From Geosiphon pyriformis uo1 (taxonomy: Eukaryota > Fungi > Glomeromycota), in contig JAAOMT010000727.1 in NCBI GenBank assembly GCA_016748015.1, positions 158,203 through 222,202 on the forward strand: 64,000 nucleotides of DNA, in the 5' to 3' direction. The notes beneath the pieces are model-generated. The model was not told the origin of the DNA. It saw only the letters and a list, made by a program, of their open reading frames with translations, and did not search any database. A program made the position numbers and the translations under genes. Shown here one piece after another: positions 61,983 through 64,000 of this stretch. Numbering within the stretch: the first letter of the stretch is position 1; each line of letters begins with the position of its first letter.

Positions 61983-64000
61983 TTGTTTAGTATAACCAAA
62001 GCTATTTTTGTCTGTATCAATAGCATTAGCATTGAAGCTGACATAAAAATATTTGAAGCAAATGAGTACACCATAATTGTTGGCAATGAGTGGCTCAAAA
62101 AAACCAAAGCACTATTTGACTATAAACTTTGTAAACTAACCATCAAATGTGATAAAAAACTTATTATAGTTAAGTGCTATTATTGGACAACTCCTCCAAT
62201 AATTAAGCAGAATCAAGAAGAAGAACAATCAGATAAATCAGATAATAATAAAAGTAATGAAGAAAAAGATCAAAAAAAACAAAAAAAAATTGTTGAACTT
62301 ACTTATACTATTTTTACCAGCAATGGCAAGCCACTGGATAATATTAAAGCTGACAAAAAAGGAATTATGATAAATGGCAAGCTGATTTGTTAATTCTACT
62401 ATAATATTCTCAAAAGAACTTTCAATAAAAAACCTGGCAAAAAAGCAAAATACAGTTATTGATAACATGATTTTTATGCCAAGTGTTGGTGCAATAAATT
62501 TTTGTATTCTTCTAGCAATAAATACAAGTTCTGCCTAATCTATTACAAAAATTGGGAGCCAATTAGTTTAATACCCAAAGAAGAATTAAAAGAAGTACAG
62601 AAGTTCTTTGAAAATGAACCACTTAAAATCCAATCACTTGTAATAGAACAAAGAGAATTCTCCCTGAAGAAAAAAAAATAGACATTGAAAATCTGTTGGC
62701 TAGAAATAGCCCAGTTATCTCAAAAAAAAATAACATCTCTGAACGAATTCATGTGATATAACACACCATCACTATCAAAGAAACTTGTCTCATCTATTTG
62801 AAGCTTTATCAATCCAATTAATACAATGATGAATTCATCAAAAAAGAGATAACCTGAATAAAATATCTTGGATTTATACAAAAAACCAAGAGTAAATAGA
62901 CTTTTACAGTTGTAATAGTATTCAAAAAAAGTAGAACTCTATGCTATTGTGTTGACTACTGCCAATTAAATGCCATTACTATAAATAGTATGTACTTACT
63001 CTCCAAAATTGATGCAATACTAGACAAATTTAATGGTGCTACTTTCTTTTCACTATTGACTTAACTACTAGATTCTAATAAGTAGAGATAAATCCAGAAA
63101 GCAGAAAAAAAACTGTTTTTATCATTAAGTATGGTATTTATAAATTCACTGTTATGTTTTTTGGTCTTACCAATGCCCTTTCCACCTTTTAACATCTAAT
63201 GGACAAAGTGTTTGAATTAGTAAAAAAAAACTTTGTTCTAGTCTACTTAGATGATATAATAGTATACTCAAAAATCTTGGAATAAACACTTTGAACATTT
63301 ACAAAAGGTTTTTGACCTCCTTAGAAATGCTGACCTTAAGATCAACCCAATCAAATTTTTTTTTAGACATCAATCCACCCAGTTTTTTGGTTATTTTATT
63401 ACAAAAAATGGAATTTTTTCTGATCCAGCTAAAGTTGAAAAAGTTCAAAATATTAGACAATCAATAAATGTTCTTGAACTATGCTTTTTTCTTGGTTTGG
63501 CTTTTTACTATCGCAAATTCATTAAGAATTTTTCTAAAATTGTCTTTTCTCTCAATTAGCTACTTAGAAATGTCAACTATTACTAGGGCACTCATTAACA
63601 AAAAGCTTTTGAAACTCTGAAGAAAAAACTTGTTACTAAACCAATTTTTAAACAATCTGACCTGAACCAACTTTTTATCTTCTACACTAATATATCTGGC
63701 TATGAACTTAGTGTTGTTTTTTCACAAAAAAATGAAAATAGCAGAGAACATGCTATAACATATACCAGTAAAATTTTTATATCAGCAGAAAAAAATTATT
63801 CAATTATTGAACAAAAATACTTAACAGTAGTCTGAACTACTAGTTATTGGGATTAATATCTTTTTGGTGTAAAATTTCTAGTAGTAACAGACTATCAAGC
63901 CTTGGTTTGGCTGTGTAACAAAAAAAAGCTGGAACATAAATGGATAACTTACTGAATATTTCATCTGGATGAATTTAACTATGACATTTAACACCACAAA
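61983..64000 (+). mobile_element. Gypsy family B pol (protease end, RT, RNase H), copy B2, fused to A5
   Basis: Reverse complement of ~41490-43485; 'IIVGNEWLKK', 'LCVDYCQLN', 'VYLDD' at 63241, 'LYTNISGYELSVVF'. Confidence 0.9.

Noticed and set aside
1-64000. Alternative genetic code, or mitochondrial/Mollicute origin, to explain the AT richness and stops
   Set aside because: All three stop types occur, differ between copies and match C>T/G>A decay. Spliceosomal introns and retroelements indicate nuclear DNA.

Overview
This is a very AT-rich, CpG-depleted eukaryotic (fungal) repeat region. The element families and Crinkler-like genes suggest Glomeromycotina, possibly Geosiphon; this is inference and was not checked. 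Most of the window is nested, decayed retroelements. Ty3/Gypsy family A carries a dUTPase between protease and RT and has two alternative U3 types; family B has no dUTPase. Also present are L1-like LINEs with an RNase H domain and three copies of a ~2.2-kb poly(A) element that encodes only an ORF1-like protein but shares the LINE 3' tail. Two minus-strand, intron-containing Crinkler-like effector pseudogenes (16786-19572 and 48048-49946) share ~1.4 kb of upstream DNA, a coiled-coil exon 1 and the start of a phase-1 intron 1. They then switch to different payloads: P-loop NTPase + PD-(D/E)xK nuclease versus nuclease-like + protein kinase. Decay is dominated by C>T/G>A changes. I found no clearly intact protein-coding gene, tRNA, rRNA or CRISPR array. 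Boundaries were read by eye; internal domain coordinates are approximate.
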